A stretch of 64,000 nt of DNA from an uncultured Methanosarcinaceae archaeon (GTDB lineage: Archaea > Halobacteriota > Methanosarcinia > Methanosarcinales > Methanosarcinaceae): positions 480,001 to 544,000 of the forward strand of contig CAWJYV010000008.1 in assembly GCA_963847185.1 (NCBI GenBank), written 5' to 3'. The notes under the pieces were generated by a model. The model searched no databases. It was given only the letters and a program-made list of their open reading frames with translations, and was not told where the DNA came from. Both the position numbers and the translations under genes were made by a program. Of the stretch, positions 41,713-54,005 are shown piece by piece; positions within the stretch are counted from its first letter, which is position 1; every line of letters begins with the position of its first letter.

Positions 41713-41959
41713 ATCTTTTCACCTTCCCCATGTTTTGTGGATTTACCCCCATTCCGACATTTATATTAATCATATAAATAAATACTCAATTATATATTTT
41801 AGAACCATTTCTACTGATGCCTAAAATTCTTCTATTAATTTACGCTATTTTATTGGATAAAGCTTGTAAAATTCTATATTGGAAGTTAAAACAGAAATTC
41901 CCAAAAAGAGATCCACAAACGTATATTGGAAAGTTTAAGTAAACATTTTTAAAAAGAAA

Positions 41960-42044
41960 TGCGAGGGGTGCGATTCGAACGCACGAATTCCTACGAAAAT
42001 GGGTCCTAAGCCCATCGCCTTTGACCTGGCTGGGCAACCCTCGC
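41960..42044 (-). tRNA. tRNA-Leu(TAG)
   Basis: Reverse complement GCGAGGG...ATGGG-CTTAGGA-CCCAT, long variable arm, GTTCGAATC. Confidence 0.97.
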
Positions 42045-42113
42045 ACTAATGTTCTGATTTTGTGTAAAACTAGTACAAAAAAAGAAGAAATTTAGTTTTT
42101 ATTCAACATTAAA

Positions 42114-42185
42114 TGCGCCGACCGGGATTCGAACCCGGGTTTTGGGCTTGGAAGGCCCAAGTCATAGCCACTAGACCATCAACGC
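42114..42185 (-). tRNA. tRNA-Gly(TCC)
   Basis: Reverse complement GCGTTGA...GGGC-CTTCCAA-GCCC...GGTTCGAATCC. Confidence 0.97.
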
Positions 42186-42762
42186 AAACTGCAACACATC
42201 TAGAGGTATTTGTTATATATATTATTTTCGCTTGATCTTTTTTGTTTTTATTTTCCCCTAATTTCCTTCAGGTTTTGCTTTGGACGCATAAGTTTATTCT
42301 TTCTTCCCAGAAGGAAATAAATTATTTGATCTTAAGAATATTTTCTGTTGAGGTCTTTCCCTTATTTTTCTACTACTTCTTCCAGGCTATATATGTCCCA
42401 AATTTTTTTATTATAACCAGTTTTCATAAAAATTATAAATAATGGAGTAATTATATGGAAAAAAGGAATATTTGAGAACGCATTTAATTATTAGGGAACT
42501 CATTGTATCAAAAATATCTTACATATAGGTATTAATTTAAGTCAGTCTATTTTTCGTCCAAAAATAGTTATTTGAGATCAAATTTTTCGCTTAATTTGTA
42601 ACTCTGTCATATATTTTGCAGGACTAAGTAGAGTTTGAGACCAATACTGAATCCTGCGTACCCTAAGGTAAGGCACCCAAAGGCAAGAAATAGATAACTT
42701 TTACATTATATTAAAGTTTTCTAAGTCTTGCCTCTTAATTCAAAATTAAGAGGTATTTTAAT

Positions 42763-43294
42763 ATGAAACCAAGAACTTCTGGATTAATAACTTCCTTGCT
42801 GATAGTGCTAATCACCTTAACGGGTCTAGCTGCAGCAAGTGCAGGTGGGGAGATTATGCAAAATGTGATCAGAGTATCAGCATTACTCTCAACTCAGGAA
42901 GCAATAATCCTGGTAGTGAAAGTAAATCTATCCATGAACTGAAAGCAGTGTCTCTTTCTATAATAATGAGTGGGAAGACTAAAATGAGTGTTTCCGGTTC
43001 TAAAATCACTTTTAGTACATCAACCACTACCATTCCTTCTGTTAAAGCCCCCTAATTCAGGCAACCTCAAAACTCTGGTACAAGAAAAGTAAAAACTCTA
43101 AAGAGGTTTTCAAGATTGTGGCATATAAAGAAGGGACGAAAGTCAGCAAAGTAGAAGCCAAAGGCACTTTTAGTGTCCGTCAGTCTGGATATTTCCGAGT
43201 AATTGGACACCATCTTCTCGTTTCTCCTCCTAATCATAAATCTTCTGAAGTTGAAGATATAACCTATAGTGATTGGAAATACGTTTCAGTTTAA
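42763..43294 (+). pseudogene. Decayed gene for a secreted protein of unknown family
   Basis: GAGGT RBS; signal-peptide-like MKPRTSGLITSLLIVLITLTGLAAASAGG; coding-like fragments ending ITYSDWKYVSV*. Confidence 0.4.
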
Positions 43295-43398
43295 TCTTCT
43301 AAGATAGTAAATACTTTGTTAACGATGATAGTTAATTGTAGTAAGTTTTGTTGCTTTGTTCAATTTGAGTATTGAATGAAGCATATTATTTTATCAAT

Positions 43399-43611
43399 GA
43401 GCTAACCCAAAACTCAAAATTAGGTCGTGTACGCGAGTTATTGATCAATTCCGAAAAGCGAGTATATCTTCCGTATTTGAGAGAAATGTGGAGAGATTTA
43501 TATGCTTACAGTTTTAATAACCCATGCCCAAGACGCAATATGTTTCAAATTATAAAAATTGTTCTGAAGTTCTTTTTAATGAGACTCTAAAGCTGGTTTC
43601 GAGATGAGCTT
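43399..43611 (+). mobile_element. MITE family A, copy 3, interrupted by a family B MITE
   Basis: GAGCTAACCCAAAACTCAAAATT ... GGTTTCGAGATGAGCT. Confidence 0.6.
43423..43535 (+). mobile_element. MITE family B, copy 1
   Basis: Closely similar to 56319-56433 (GGTCGTGTAC..GAGTT.TTGATCAATTCCGAAAA). Confidence 0.75.
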
Positions 43612-44289
43612 AATGTCTGTTTTTTAGCTTTTCTCGAACAAGCCAATTAAAGAAATACGGTTATAAGAAATGAACAAAATTACTCACTGAAAATAGCGAA
43701 ATGCCTCATTCATATTGTCAACCTTCGTTAAATCTAACCTATATATTCATTATATATATTTCAGAGTAAAATCTTTTGAATCTGCTTTTAACAACATCAT
43801 TTTTTCGATCAATTAAAGTCAATTTTTTCCGTAAAATTTTTTGTTTTTTATTACTTTTTTCAATAAAAAATATTCTTTTTTGTATATCTCTCTCTAAATA
43901 TTATTACGTCAATCCACAAAGAATACTCGAGTGCTCACTGGAGCAATAATTTTCATCCTTGAACACATAACTAAAGTTATTATTTTTATTTGTTAACTAC
44001 TATTTTTCACTGATAGGCTTTCTTTTACGGATTTACTTTTATTTGGGCCAGGGCATGAATAATATAATCTTATATAGGGCTAGACATAAGTTCTCAAAAC
44101 AGGTTTCTCCTCTTATGCCGCCCTGGCTTCAAAGGGGACCCAACGAAAACGTATGGAGATCTTGTAGAAATGGAACCTTTCATTCTGGTATTTGGAATCA
44201 GGCTCTTTACTTTTGCATATCTCCTTTTGTTATTGAGAACACATTCAAAGCTTAACAAAAAGTTAATGTAAGGATCAAATTATACGGTT

Positions 44290-44676
44290 TAAACGAATTA
44301 AAAAGAAAATATTGCTCTCGCTTACTTTTATCGCTGGTGTGTTCTTTACAGGGCTATATGGCGTTAAGTCTTCGGAAGGTTAGTTATCTTACGGTATCTG
44401 AACTCATGTCCGATCCTCAGGCCCGTCTCGGGCAAAATGTAAATGTAGTGGGAGTTGTAGAATACGAAAGCCTCGAGGTGACTCCCGATATGAAGGTTTT
44501 TGAACTAACGGACGAAAATAATGGGAATTTCAAAGTTCGTGCAGAGTATAACAGGCAGCCTTCCCTCCAACCTTGTAGAAGGAAAAAAGGTGAGTATCGG
44601 CGGAACTATGGTTTCTGGATCTACGTTTGAGGCAAATAAAATTATTACTCGATGTCCATCCAAGTATACGGAGTAG
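44290..44676 (+). pseudogene. ccmE: Cytochrome c maturation heme chaperone CcmE (CxxxY type), disrupted
   Basis: TM segment, YLTVSEL, VNVVGVV, FELTD, Y.GSLPSNLVEG, FEANKIITRCPSKY; 4-bp GTTA duplication at 44379-86, +1 near 44550, no clear start. Confidence 0.8.
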
Positions 44677-44681
44677 TATTG

Positions 44682-45539
44682 ATGAATATTGAAGAGTGGG
44701 AAGAGTACAGATATGTTGAATCCGGGATAAGTTCATTCATTGCTCAAATGAGTGACTCCGCCCTTAAAGATATGGTCAAACATGTCTGTAATACCGGAGG
44801 AAAACGAATCAGGCCGGTCATCCTCCTTCTTGCCAGTGATATCTGCTCAGGCTCGTATTCTCAGAGCCTTGGTGCAGCTCTTGCTGTTGAAATGATGCAT
44901 TCGGCCTCCCTTGTCCATGACGATCTGGTGGATCAGGGGCTTCTAAGAAGAAATCTACCTTCTGCACCTAAAAAGTTTGGTCCTTCAAGGGCACTTCTCT
45001 GTGGGGATTACCTTATTGCAAAATCCATCGAATTCATTTCTCCCTATGGGGAGAAGGTAATTAGGGATTTTGGAATTGCCGGGATGAATCTGGCTGAAGG
45101 AGAAGTACTTGACTTGAGACTGGATGAGGACAGTTTTGAAGAAAGCAATTATTTTGATTGCATCTATAAGAAAACAGCTTCTTTGTTTGCGATCAGTGCA
45201 TCTATCGGAGCTTATACCGGAGGAGCAAATGAGGAGTTAGCGGCTCGTTTCAACTTCTTTGGAACTTCTCTTGGAACTGCATATCAGGTTGTTGACGATA
45301 TCCTTGAATTTCTAGATGTAGTTGAAGGTAAAGAGTCAAAGTGCATATCTGAAACTCTGCCGCACGTTTACATGAAGAACATGTCCAGAGAAGAAGCAGT
45401 ACAGAGATCCATAGATGCAGTAAAGTTGCATGTTAATGCCGCAAAACAAACCCTTGTGACTTTTAAAGAATGTCCCTCGAGGGATAAACTTTTCCAGATT
45501 ACTGATTATATGACTGTTGATATGCTAGGAAATATCTAA
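44682..45539 (+). CDS. Polyprenyl (geranylfarnesyl/GGPP-type) diphosphate synthase
   Basis: GGKRIRP, SLVHDDLVD..LRR, KTASLF, YQVVDDILE. Confidence 0.92.
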   Translation: MNIEEWEEYRYVESGISSFIAQMSDSALKDMVKHVCNTGGKRIRPVILLLASDICSGSYSQSLGAALAVEMMHSASLVHDDLVDQGLLRRNLPSAPKKFGPSRALLCGDYLIAKSIEFISPYGEKVIRDFGIAGMNLAEGEVLDLRLDEDSFEESNYFDCIYKKTASLFAISASIGAYTGGANEELAARFNFFGTSLGTAYQVVDDILEFLDVVEGKESKCISETLPHVYMKNMSREEAVQRSIDAVKLHVNAAKQTLVTFKECPSRDKLFQITDYMTVDMLGNI

Positions 45540-45670
45540 TTCACTCAGCTCTTCCTGAATAATGAATTGGTATTTTGCTCAATCTATTATATATATTCAT
45601 AATATCTCTTAGTTTTTATTTAACTTCTCAATTTATTCAACTTTTGCCACTAAATTTATCAGGTGTATTC

Positions 45671-46849
45671 ATGCGAGTATATGATAGTCCGGTTCTTAAA
45701 GTAAATGCCAGTACAGAAAACGAAAAAATGGTGCTAGATGCTGAGGGTCCCCTTTCCCAGCTTGCAAAACCTTTCCTGAAGCGTATAAATAGTATTTTTG
45801 CGGAAGAAAAACCTATTTCAATGGACGAAGATGAGATTATTTTCTCTACGTGGATCCCGCCTATTCCTGGACCTGTCTTCAGCAGGGTAATAAGTGCTGA
45901 GATCTCAGCTATCAGGAAGAAAAGAGTGCCTGATCAATTCTCAATAGGAATTACTGCCCGCTGTCCCAACCGCTGTATTCATTGTGGAGCAGCTGATATC
46001 AAGCCGGAAAAAGAACTGACTCTTGACGAAATCAGCGATGCTGTGGACCAGAGCCTGGATCTTGGAGCCTATCTTGTTTCCTTTGACGGTGGGGAAACTA
46101 TGCTTCGAAATGACCTTGTTGAGATGGTTGCCAGAGTGGATAAATCAAGGGCAATTGCAACCTGTTTCACTTCGGGTTTCAAGCTTTCTGAGGAGAGGGC
46201 AAAAGAGCTTAAGGCTGCAGGTCTCTATGCTGCAAGAATCAGTATTGACAGTCCTTTTGAAGTTGAACATGACCGTGTTAGGGGACGAGATGGCGCATAC
46301 AAGGATGCAGTCGCTGGAATAAGGAATGCTCGTAGCGCAGGAATCCTTACTGACATGTTTGTGGTAGTTTCTCCTCACAACATCGATAATCTTGAAGAAT
46401 TCTACACTCTCGCAGCTGATCTCAATATGCATGAACTTTCTATTTATGAAATCATTGCAGTTGGCCGCTGGCTTGATCATGAGGATGAAGTAATCAGCGA
46501 AAAAGATGTATCAAGGCTTGAGAAGTTCCAGAAAGCCATGAATAGTAAACCTGAAGGACCCAGAGTTACCGCTTTCCCATACTTCATGGGGCCTTCCCTT
46601 TTCGGTTGCTTTGCGGGCAGACGCTGGATGCACGTTGCTTCAGACGGGGAAGTCATGCCCTGTGCCTACACTCCATTATCCTTTGGAAATATCTGTGATG
46701 AATCTCTGGAGACTATCTGGAAGCGCATGGGTAAGCATAATGCCTTCAAAAAAGACACTCCCTATTGTATGATGCGTAACCCTGATTTCCGGAAGGAGTA
46801 CATCCATACGATCCCTCAGGGCGCAAAAATTCCTTATAGGCTTAAGTAA
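45671..46849 (+). CDS. Radical SAM / SPASM-domain protein
   Basis: CPNRCIHC motif, GCFAG, DGEVMPC; start MRVYD after AGGTG RBS. Confidence 0.9.
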   Translation: MRVYDSPVLKVNASTENEKMVLDAEGPLSQLAKPFLKRINSIFAEEKPISMDEDEIIFSTWIPPIPGPVFSRVISAEISAIRKKRVPDQFSIGITARCPNRCIHCGAADIKPEKELTLDEISDAVDQSLDLGAYLVSFDGGETMLRNDLVEMVARVDKSRAIATCFTSGFKLSEERAKELKAAGLYAARISIDSPFEVEHDRVRGRDGAYKDAVAGIRNARSAGILTDMFVVVSPHNIDNLEEFYTLAADLNMHELSIYEIIAVGRWLDHEDEVISEKDVSRLEKFQKAMNSKPEGPRVTAFPYFMGPSLFGCFAGRRWMHVASDGEVMPCAYTPLSFGNICDESLETIWKRMGKHNAFKKDTPYCMMRNPDFRKEYIHTIPQGAKIPYRLK

Positions 46850-47609
46850 CACTTCTTATGCATTTTTTTTAATTCTATTTTTTGATTAAATTTCTTGAAA
46901 AACCCTCTATATGGATTTTTTCCTGTAAAAGCCCTTTTATCTTGTTTTAATCTGCTCTGGTTTCAGCCTGAGATATTCATACCATTGTTTGCATACGAGA
47001 CCTGCAAGCTCAAGAAGAGTGAATAACATCCTATTTTAGGAATATCCTTTTTTTAGAAGGTTATTTTTCTTTTAAAACTTGCCCATTTACAAAAAATTTT
47101 CAAAGCGTTTGGTCGAATTTATTTGAATTATATCTTTACTTTCTGAGCTTTTTAGGGCACTTTCTCTGAAAATGGGGGGTTTTAACTCTTTTTTGTCATC
47201 CATATCTTCCCTAATTTTGTTAGTTAACTTTGAAATCTTTTTCCTTCAATAATCCCTATCTTCATTCAAAATAACTGTGGTTATGCTTCTCATTTTCTCT
47301 TATATATTCCGGTTATATAATTTTCTAATTCTTAATTATATTCCACTGTTTGTATTTAATTATTTTTTACTGTCTTATTTAATCTTTTGGATTTTGACCC
47401 TATATTTTGCTATTTATATTTTTTATTTTCTTAAAAAATTCTTATATCTTCAGAATATGATGATTAATCGTTATATATTCACGCCTCTCCCTTGATAAAA
47501 CCGAAGCTGTTATATAGTTCTATTACGAAGGATTTGTTAACTACCTCCATTGGAGTAGGGATTTTTAATTATTAATTTATATATTAAATTTTGAGAGACG
47601 GAGATTCAC

Positions 47610-47939
47610 ATGGCTAAAAATGAAATCTTATCTGAAATCAAAAAAGCTGAAGGGAGCGCTAAAGCAATGGTTGACGATGCCATTGACGCAAAAAACAAGC
47701 GCATCTCCGATGCTCGGGCTGAATCCAGGGAAATCCTGAAGCAGGCCGAAATCGATGCACATAAAGCTGCACAAGACTCTTTTAAAGAAGGTGAAAAAAA
47801 GATCCTGGAGGAAAGAGATAAGATCGTCAACGATGGTGAAAAAAACGCATTAGCCATGTCCCAAAAAGCTCAAGCTAATATCGACAAATCCGTCAATTAC
47901 CTAGTACAGGAGTTTGAGAGGGCGGTCCTTAATGAGTAG
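47610..47939 (+). CDS. atpH: A1AO ATP synthase subunit H
   Basis: Charged coiled coil, first gene of the operon. Confidence 0.88.
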   Translation: MAKNEILSEIKKAEGSAKAMVDDAIDAKNKRISDARAESREILKQAEIDAHKAAQDSFKEGEKKILEERDKIVNDGEKNALAMSQKAQANIDKSVNYLVQEFERAVLNE

Positions 47940-49881
47940 ACCTAAAGAGATGACAAGGGCCGTTATTGTCGGACACAAAAGCATTCTAAAAGAAACCATC
48001 GACGCATTGCATGATTCAAATCTCTTTCATATCGAAGATTTTGTCGAAGACGAATCTGGTTTTAAGATCAGCAAGCCATTTAAAAATGCAGAAGAAGCCT
48101 CTAAAAAGCTTGTGAAGATCCGTTCTATCGCCAATTATCTGGGGATTGAAAACAAAAAACCGGTAGTTCAGAAAACTGACTCTGTTCTGCGCGAACTTGA
48201 TTCGAAACTGAATGAATTGGACAGGACAATTTCAACTAAAACAGAATCAATTTCTCAGCTTGAAAATGAATTAAAAGATCTGGATTCCCAGAAAAGGGAA
48301 ATTCTGCCTTATCTGTCCATCAATCTTGACTTCGAATATTACCGTGGCTATGAGAACCTCAAGGTTTTCGCAGGCACTGTAAAAGGCAGCCTGGAAACAA
48401 GTCAGATTTCGAGCATCACCAATGCTTACGAACTGTACTATGACCCTCAATCAAAAACAGTTGTACTGTTTGTAGCCATAAATGATGCCGACAAAGTCTA
48501 TGAATTACTTCAGAGTCTTGGATTCAAAGAACTTAGAGTTCCAGAAAGAGGTGGTGTCCCAAGCGAGCTGTTAAGATTCATTGAACAGAAAGAAGCCGAA
48601 GTCACCAAAAGGATCGAATCCTTAAAGGCTGAAATCGAATCCTTGAAAGTCAAGTATGCCGATTTTATCCTTGCCAGCGATGAAGTTCTGAGTATCGAGA
48701 GTCAGAAAGCAGAACTGCCTCTTAGGATAGCTACATCTGCAAACGCATTCATAATCGATGGCTGGACTCCCGCCGAGGATTATGATAAGGTTGTAAGTGT
48801 AGTTAACAGTGCCACTAAAGGCAAGGCATACGTTACCAGCCTCGAAATTGAAGAAGAGGAGGAAGAACATGCCCCTGTCGAATACAATAACTCAAAAGTT
48901 GTGGCACCGATGCAGCAGATTATGGATCTGTATTCCAGGCCCAAATATACTGAACTCGATCCATCCTCAGCGCTTTTCATTACTTTCCCGCTGATATATG
49001 GGATGATTCTTGGAGACATCGGATATGCATTAATACTGGGGGCAATGGCTCTGGCTATCAGAACAGCAGTAAAGTCAGATGCAGTGAAGCCTCTCATGGA
49101 TATTCTTATCTATTGTCAGATATCATCACTTATCTTTGGAGTTATTTATGGTGAGTTCCTGGGATTCTCGCTCGCAAGTTTGCATACAGCGCATGGAGTA
49201 GTGCCAGGCTTGATTCCAGGTTGGGAAACTATCATTCTCTTTGAGAGTATCGGAGGCGAGGAATTTACTTTCCCAATTCACAGAACTCACATGGTAATGA
49301 CTATGATTGGAGTGAGTGTCTTAGTAGGACTGCTTCATCTAAACCTTGGTTTCTTGATGGGTTTTTCAAACATCGCCAGACACCATGGAATGAAACATGC
49401 AGTTCTTGAAAAAGGCAGTTGGATCATTATCGAACTCGGTGCTCTCGTTGCAGCACTCGGCTATTTTGGCGGCAATTCAGTACTCACCTATGTCGGTGCT
49501 GGTATTCTTGTTCTTGGTATCGTGATGCTCACCATGGGTGAAGGTATCAAAGGTCCTATCGAATTGCCATCTCTTATGGGTAATGCACTTTCGTATGCCC
49601 GTATTATCGCAGTCGGTCTGTCTTCGATTTACATCGCAAGTACAATCAATGATATTGTTTTCAAAATGATCTGGACTGATCACTCTAAGATCGGCTTTGC
49701 AGCAATAGCTGCAATAATCGTGTTTATACTCGGACACGGTCTTAACACTGTCTTGAGTATTATCGCACCCGGACTGCACGCACTCAGGTTGCAGTACGTA
49801 GAATTCTTCGGAAAATTCTATGAAGGCGGGGGCAGAAAATTCAACCCATTCGGATACATAAGAAAATACACGGAGGAATAA
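47932..49881 (+). CDS. atpI: A1AO ATP synthase subunit I (a)
   Basis: [30 protein letters not shown]. Confidence 0.96.
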   Translation: MSRPKEMTRAVIVGHKSILKETIDALHDSNLFHIEDFVEDESGFKISKPFKNAEEASKKLVKIRSIANYLGIENKKPVVQKTDSVLRELDSKLNELDRTISTKTESISQLENELKDLDSQKREILPYLSINLDFEYYRGYENLKVFAGTVKGSLETSQISSITNAYELYYDPQSKTVVLFVAINDADKVYELLQSLGFKELRVPERGGVPSELLRFIEQKEAEVTKRIESLKAEIESLKVKYADFILASDEVLSIESQKAELPLRIATSANAFIIDGWTPAEDYDKVVSVVNSATKGKAYVTSLEIEEEEEEHAPVEYNNSKVVAPMQQIMDLYSRPKYTELDPSSALFITFPLIYGMILGDIGYALILGAMALAIRTAVKSDAVKPLMDILIYCQISSLIFGVIYGEFLGFSLASLHTAHGVVPGLIPGWETIILFESIGGEEFTFPIHRTHMVMTMIGVSVLVGLLHLNLGFLMGFSNIARHHGMKHAVLEKGSWIIIELGALVAALGYFGGNSVLTYVGAGILVLGIVMLTMGEGIKGPIELPSLMGNALSYARIIAVGLSSIYIASTINDIVFKMIWTDHSKIGFAAIAAIIVFILGHGLNTVLSIIAPGLHALRLQYVEFFGKFYEGGGRKFNPFGYIRKYTEE

Positions 49882-49885
49882 AAAC

Positions 49886-50131
49886 ATGGTAGACGGAGCA
49901 ACAGCAGGTCTCTTTTTGGACGCAGCAGGAATGAAAGCACTCGGTGCAGCAATCGCAATTGCAACAACTGGATATGCATCTGCAATAGCTGAAAGAGAAA
50001 TCGGTACCGCAGCAATTGGTGCAATGGCAGAAAACGAAGGGTTATTCGGTAAGGGCCTGATCCTTACTGTAATTCCAGAAACCATTGTCATTTTCGGTCT
50101 CGTCGTTGCACTGCTTATCAACTCTGCTTAA
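49886..50131 (+). CDS. atpK: A1AO ATP synthase subunit K (c, proteolipid)
   Basis: Two TM helices with IPETIVIFG. Confidence 0.95.
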   Translation: MVDGATAGLFLDAAGMKALGAAIAIATTGYASAIAEREIGTAAIGAMAENEGLFGKGLILTVIPETIVIFGLVVALLINSA

Positions 50132-50330
50132 TTTAAGAGCATATTTGCTCTTAAATTTCTTAGAGCATTGCTTTAAGCTTACGTGGGCGTTTTTTCCTTG
50201 CCAGGCGGGCTTGGAGTGGTTATAATGCTCTAAGTTCCCCCTTAGGTATCGTTGCACTCTAAGAAGCTTAGAGTTTTTGCTCTAGGCTTTAGAGCACTTT
50301 TTTGCTCTAAATTTATTTGGAGGTGTAAGC

Positions 50331-50882
50331 ATGGGACTAGAGATCGTTACAAAAGACATCCAGGAGGGTGCAAGAGCCGAGGTTTCCCGCATAAAAGCCG
50401 AAGGCGATGCAAAGGCCTCCGAGATAATAAATGAGGCTAAAGAAGTACAGAAAAAGATGCTCGGAGACAGCCTTGCCAAGGCGGAAGAGGACCTCAAAAA
50501 TCTGCACCAGCAAGTAATATCAAGTGCAAACCTGGAAGTTAAAAGAATTACGCTTAACAGGCGCAAAGAACTTCTTGATAAGGTTTATACTCAGACAATT
50601 GAATCAATCAAGTCAATGCCGGCATCCAAAAAAGAAGAACTGCTGAAACATATCATTGGCAAGTACGAGGCTAGCGGTGCTAGAATTTATTCTTCTAAAG
50701 CTTCAGAAGAGACCGTCAAGAAATTAACTTCATTAACTTATGCTGGTAATACTGATTGTATCGGTGGCGTTGTTCTGGAAAATGAAGACAGGACAGTCAG
50801 GTTAGACTTCACATACGATTCAATCCTGAAGAATGTATATGAGCGTTCATTGAAGCAGATATCTGATATTTTATACGGGTGA
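50331..50882 (+). CDS. atpE: A1AO ATP synthase subunit E
   Basis: MGLEIV..I, IGGVVL, LDFTYD. Confidence 0.94.
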   Translation: MGLEIVTKDIQEGARAEVSRIKAEGDAKASEIINEAKEVQKKMLGDSLAKAEEDLKNLHQQVISSANLEVKRITLNRRKELLDKVYTQTIESIKSMPASKKEELLKHIIGKYEASGARIYSSKASEETVKKLTSLTYAGNTDCIGGVVLENEDRTVRLDFTYDSILKNVYERSLKQISDILYG

Positions 50883-50888
50883 TTTTCG

Positions 50889-51971
50889 ATGCGGCTTTTG
50901 GAGAGACTCTGGGGGCAAAAACCCTCACGAAAATCCGATAAGAAGAAAAAAGGCACTTCTAATTATGCTTATGCCGTAACCCGTGTCCGCGCGATGAAGA
51001 GTAAGTTGCTTCCTAAAGAATCGTATCCCCGGCTTCTCAATATGGGGATTGATGAAATTACCCGCTTTATCCAAGAGTCTGAATACAAAAATGACGTTGA
51101 CGAACTGGCAATGAAATATAGTGGTGGCGATCTGGCAGAACACTCATTGAACAGGAATCTTGCGCTCACCTACGATAAGTTGGTAAGAATTACCTCAGGA
51201 GAACTGAACTACCTGATTGTTGCATACCTGAAAAGGTATGATATCTGGAATATAAAGACACTTCTCCGAGGTAAAATCTACAACGCATCTGTTGGAGATA
51301 TCCTGGAGTCTCTGATTGCTGCCGGGGAGTTTACTTACACTTCCATGTCAGAACTTGCAGCCAAGGCTACATATCAGGAAGTCATTGAGGCCCTGAAATA
51401 TAGCGAATATTACCCCCTGCTGCAAAAGTTTGACGGAACTAACCTGGCAGATATAGAAAACGAACTTGACAGAATATATTACTCAAGCCTGTTTGAAGCA
51501 ATCGGAGAACCAAGAACCAAGGACCGCAAGCTCTTTGTCAGGGTCATCAAACTGGAAGTCGATGTTAAGAACTTGACAAATCTTTTCAGGCTGAAAAAAG
51601 CAAAAGTTGAAAAGCTTGATGAAATCATGCCTCTCATGATTGAAGGCGGTCTCGAGCTCAAGCCCGAGAAACTGGCGGCTCTTCCGTATGACGAGTTTGT
51701 CAATGAACTTCAAAGAACTAAGTACTGGGATGCTATTTCAGGCGTTACCGGTCCGGATACGACTTCTTTGACCACTCTTGAAGGCAGGCTCATAAGATAT
51801 TATCTTGAATCAGCAACCACTTATTCGCACGTATCTCCGATCTCAATTGTACCTATTCTGGATTATATTATCCATAAAAATAATGAGGCCACTAACCTCA
51901 GGATTATTTTCAGGGGTAAAGAGGCTGGCCTCAGTGATGATTTAATCAAAGACCAGTTGGTGGTTATCTGA
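50889..51971 (+). CDS. atpC: A1AO ATP synthase subunit C
   Basis: [33 protein letters not shown]. Confidence 0.95.
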   Translation: MRLLERLWGQKPSRKSDKKKKGTSNYAYAVTRVRAMKSKLLPKESYPRLLNMGIDEITRFIQESEYKNDVDELAMKYSGGDLAEHSLNRNLALTYDKLVRITSGELNYLIVAYLKRYDIWNIKTLLRGKIYNASVGDILESLIAAGEFTYTSMSELAAKATYQEVIEALKYSEYYPLLQKFDGTNLADIENELDRIYYSSLFEAIGEPRTKDRKLFVRVIKLEVDVKNLTNLFRLKKAKVEKLDEIMPLMIEGGLELKPEKLAALPYDEFVNELQRTKYWDAISGVTGPDTTSLTTLEGRLIRYYLESATTYSHVSPISIVPILDYIIHKNNEATNLRIIFRGKEAGLSDDLIKDQLVVI

Positions 51972-52276
51972 TGGAATTGGCAGTGATCGGAAAGAGCGAT
52001 TTTGTTACGGGATTCAGGCTTGCTGGTATCAGGAAAGTTTACGAAGCTACTGATACCACGGCCATCGAGTCCGCGGTAAAATCTGTGCTTCAGGATAAGA
52101 GCGTCGGGATTATTGTAATGCATAATGATGACATTGGTAATCTGCCGGAAATTTTAAGGAAAGACTTGAATGAGTCTGTCCAGCCCACAGTAGTAGCCCT
52201 GGGAGGCAGCGGAGCAGGCTCAATGAGTTTAAGATCAAAAATAAAACAAGCGGTAGGTGTTGATCTGTGGAAGTAA
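51971..52276 (+). CDS. atpF: A1AO ATP synthase subunit F
   Basis: [25 protein letters not shown]. Confidence 0.95.
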   Translation: MELAVIGKSDFVTGFRLAGIRKVYEATDTTAIESAVKSVLQDKSVGIIVMHNDDIGNLPEILRKDLNESVQPTVVALGGSGAGSMSLRSKIKQAVGVDLWK

Positions 52277-54003
52277 AAGGTGAAATTTATCGTGTGGCTG
52301 GACCTGTCGTCACCGCTATCGGCTTGCAGGCAAGAATGTATGACCTGGTCAAAGTCGGTAATGAAGGGTTGATGGGTGAAGTCATCCAGATAGTTGGGGA
52401 CAAGACCATCATCCAGGTATACGAAGAGACGGGAGGTGTCAGGCCAGGGGAACCCTGTGTATCTACAGGGAGGTCTCTGACCGTGGAACTTGGTCCGGGT
52501 GTTCTTTCCAGTATTTATGACGGGGTTCAAAGGCCTCTGCACGTCCTGCTTGAAAAGATGGGCAGCTTCATCAAGAGAGGTGTCAGCGCAGACGGACTTG
52601 ACCACAAAAAAATCTGGGAATTCAAACCTGTGGTCAAGAAGGGAGATGTTGTAAAAGGCGGAGAAATAATCGGAGTTGTTCAGGAAACCGTAAATATTGA
52701 ACACAAGATCATGGTACCCCCGGATATCTCAGGTACAGTCGCTGATATTAAGAGCGGAAACTTCACTGTTATAGACACTGTCTGTACCCTGATTGACGGG
52801 ACCGAGCTGCAAATGATGCAGAGATGGCCTGTTCGTAGACCCCGGCCTGTGGCGAAAAAACTACTTCCCACAAAGCCATTGGTCACAGGACAGAGAATCC
52901 TTGACGGGCTTTTCCCTGTAGCAAAAGGCGGAACAGCTGCAATCCCCGGGCCTTTCGGATCGGGTAAGACGGTTACCCAGCAGCAGCTTGCAAAATGGAG
53001 TGACACCGAAATTGTGGTCTACGTTGGTTGTGGGGAACGAGGAAACGAAATGGCAGACGTTCTGCATGACTTTCCGGAACTCGAAGACCCGCAGACTGGA
53101 AGGCCGCTCATGGAGCGTACTGTCCTTATAGCCAACACTTCAAACATGCCTGTGGCTGCAAGAGAAGCATCTGTGTACACCGGGATCACCATTGCGGAAT
53201 ACTTCCGTGACATGGGGTTAGACGTGTCCCTGATGGCAGACTCCACCTCCAGGTGGGCAGAGGCAATGAGAGAAATTTCCTCCCGTCTGGAAGAAATGCC
53301 TGGTGAAGAAGGTTATCCTGCATACCTGTCTGCAAGGCTTGCCGAATTCTATGAGCGTGCCGGTGTTGCAGAAACCCTTTGCGGTAAAATAGGTTCAATC
53401 ACTGCTATTGGAGCAGTATCTCCTCCTGGCGGTGACTTCTCAGAGCCTGTTACGCAGAATACCCTGCGTATTGTGAAAGTGTTCTGGGCTCTGGACGCCA
53501 AATTATCTCAGAGACGTCACTTCCCGGCTATCAACTGGCTGACCAGCTATAGCCTGTACAAGGAAAGCCTCGACGGCTGGTTTACTGAGAACGTGGCTTC
53601 TGATTACGTGGCTATGAGGGAAAGAGCAATGGGAATGCTCCAGGTAGAATCCGAACTGCAGGAAATCGTGCAGCTCGTAGGTTCCGACGCTCTTCCGGAT
53701 GAGCAGCAGCTCCTGCTTGAAATTACTCGTATGATCAGGGAAATCTTCCTGCAGCAGAATGCATTCCATCCAATTGATACCTATAGCCCGTTCTCTGAGC
53801 AGTACAGGATTATGCAGGCAATCATGAAGTTCGGGGACACTGCACAGGAAGCTTTGAAATCAGGTGTCCCTATCTCGGAAATTGTCAAGATGCCATCTAA
53901 GGATGAGCTTCCCAAGGTTAAGTTCGAGGAGAACTTCGATGCTTCTATGAACGCTGTCCTGGCAAAGATGGATAAGGAGTTTGCATCCCTGAGAGGTAGG
54001 TAA
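52267..54003 (+). CDS. atpA: A1AO ATP synthase subunit A (no intein)
   Basis: [31 protein letters not shown]. Confidence 0.98.
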   Translation: MEVKGEIYRVAGPVVTAIGLQARMYDLVKVGNEGLMGEVIQIVGDKTIIQVYEETGGVRPGEPCVSTGRSLTVELGPGVLSSIYDGVQRPLHVLLEKMGSFIKRGVSADGLDHKKIWEFKPVVKKGDVVKGGEIIGVVQETVNIEHKIMVPPDISGTVADIKSGNFTVIDTVCTLIDGTELQMMQRWPVRRPRPVAKKLLPTKPLVTGQRILDGLFPVAKGGTAAIPGPFGSGKTVTQQQLAKWSDTEIVVYVGCGERGNEMADVLHDFPELEDPQTGRPLMERTVLIANTSNMPVAAREASVYTGITIAEYFRDMGLDVSLMADSTSRWAEAMREISSRLEEMPGEEGYPAYLSARLAEFYERAGVAETLCGKIGSITAIGAVSPPGGDFSEPVTQNTLRIVKVFWALDAKLSQRRHFPAINWLTSYSLYKESLDGWFTENVASDYVAMRERAMGMLQVESELQEIVQLVGSDALPDEQQLLLEITRMIREIFLQQNAFHPIDTYSPFSEQYRIMQAIMKFGDTAQEALKSGVPISEIVKMPSKDELPKVKFEENFDASMNAVLAKMDKEFASLRGR

Positions 54004-54005
54004 GC

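Noticed and set aside
44381-44383. TAG in ccmE as a pyrrolysine codon
   Set aside because: It arises from a 4-bp duplication, and read-through does not restore the frame.
45671-46849. Radical SAM/SPASM protein as the maturase of the Cys-rich peptides
   Set aside because: It is about 9 kb away, in backbone context between the polyprenyl synthase and the ATP synthase. Action in trans cannot be excluded but is unsupported.
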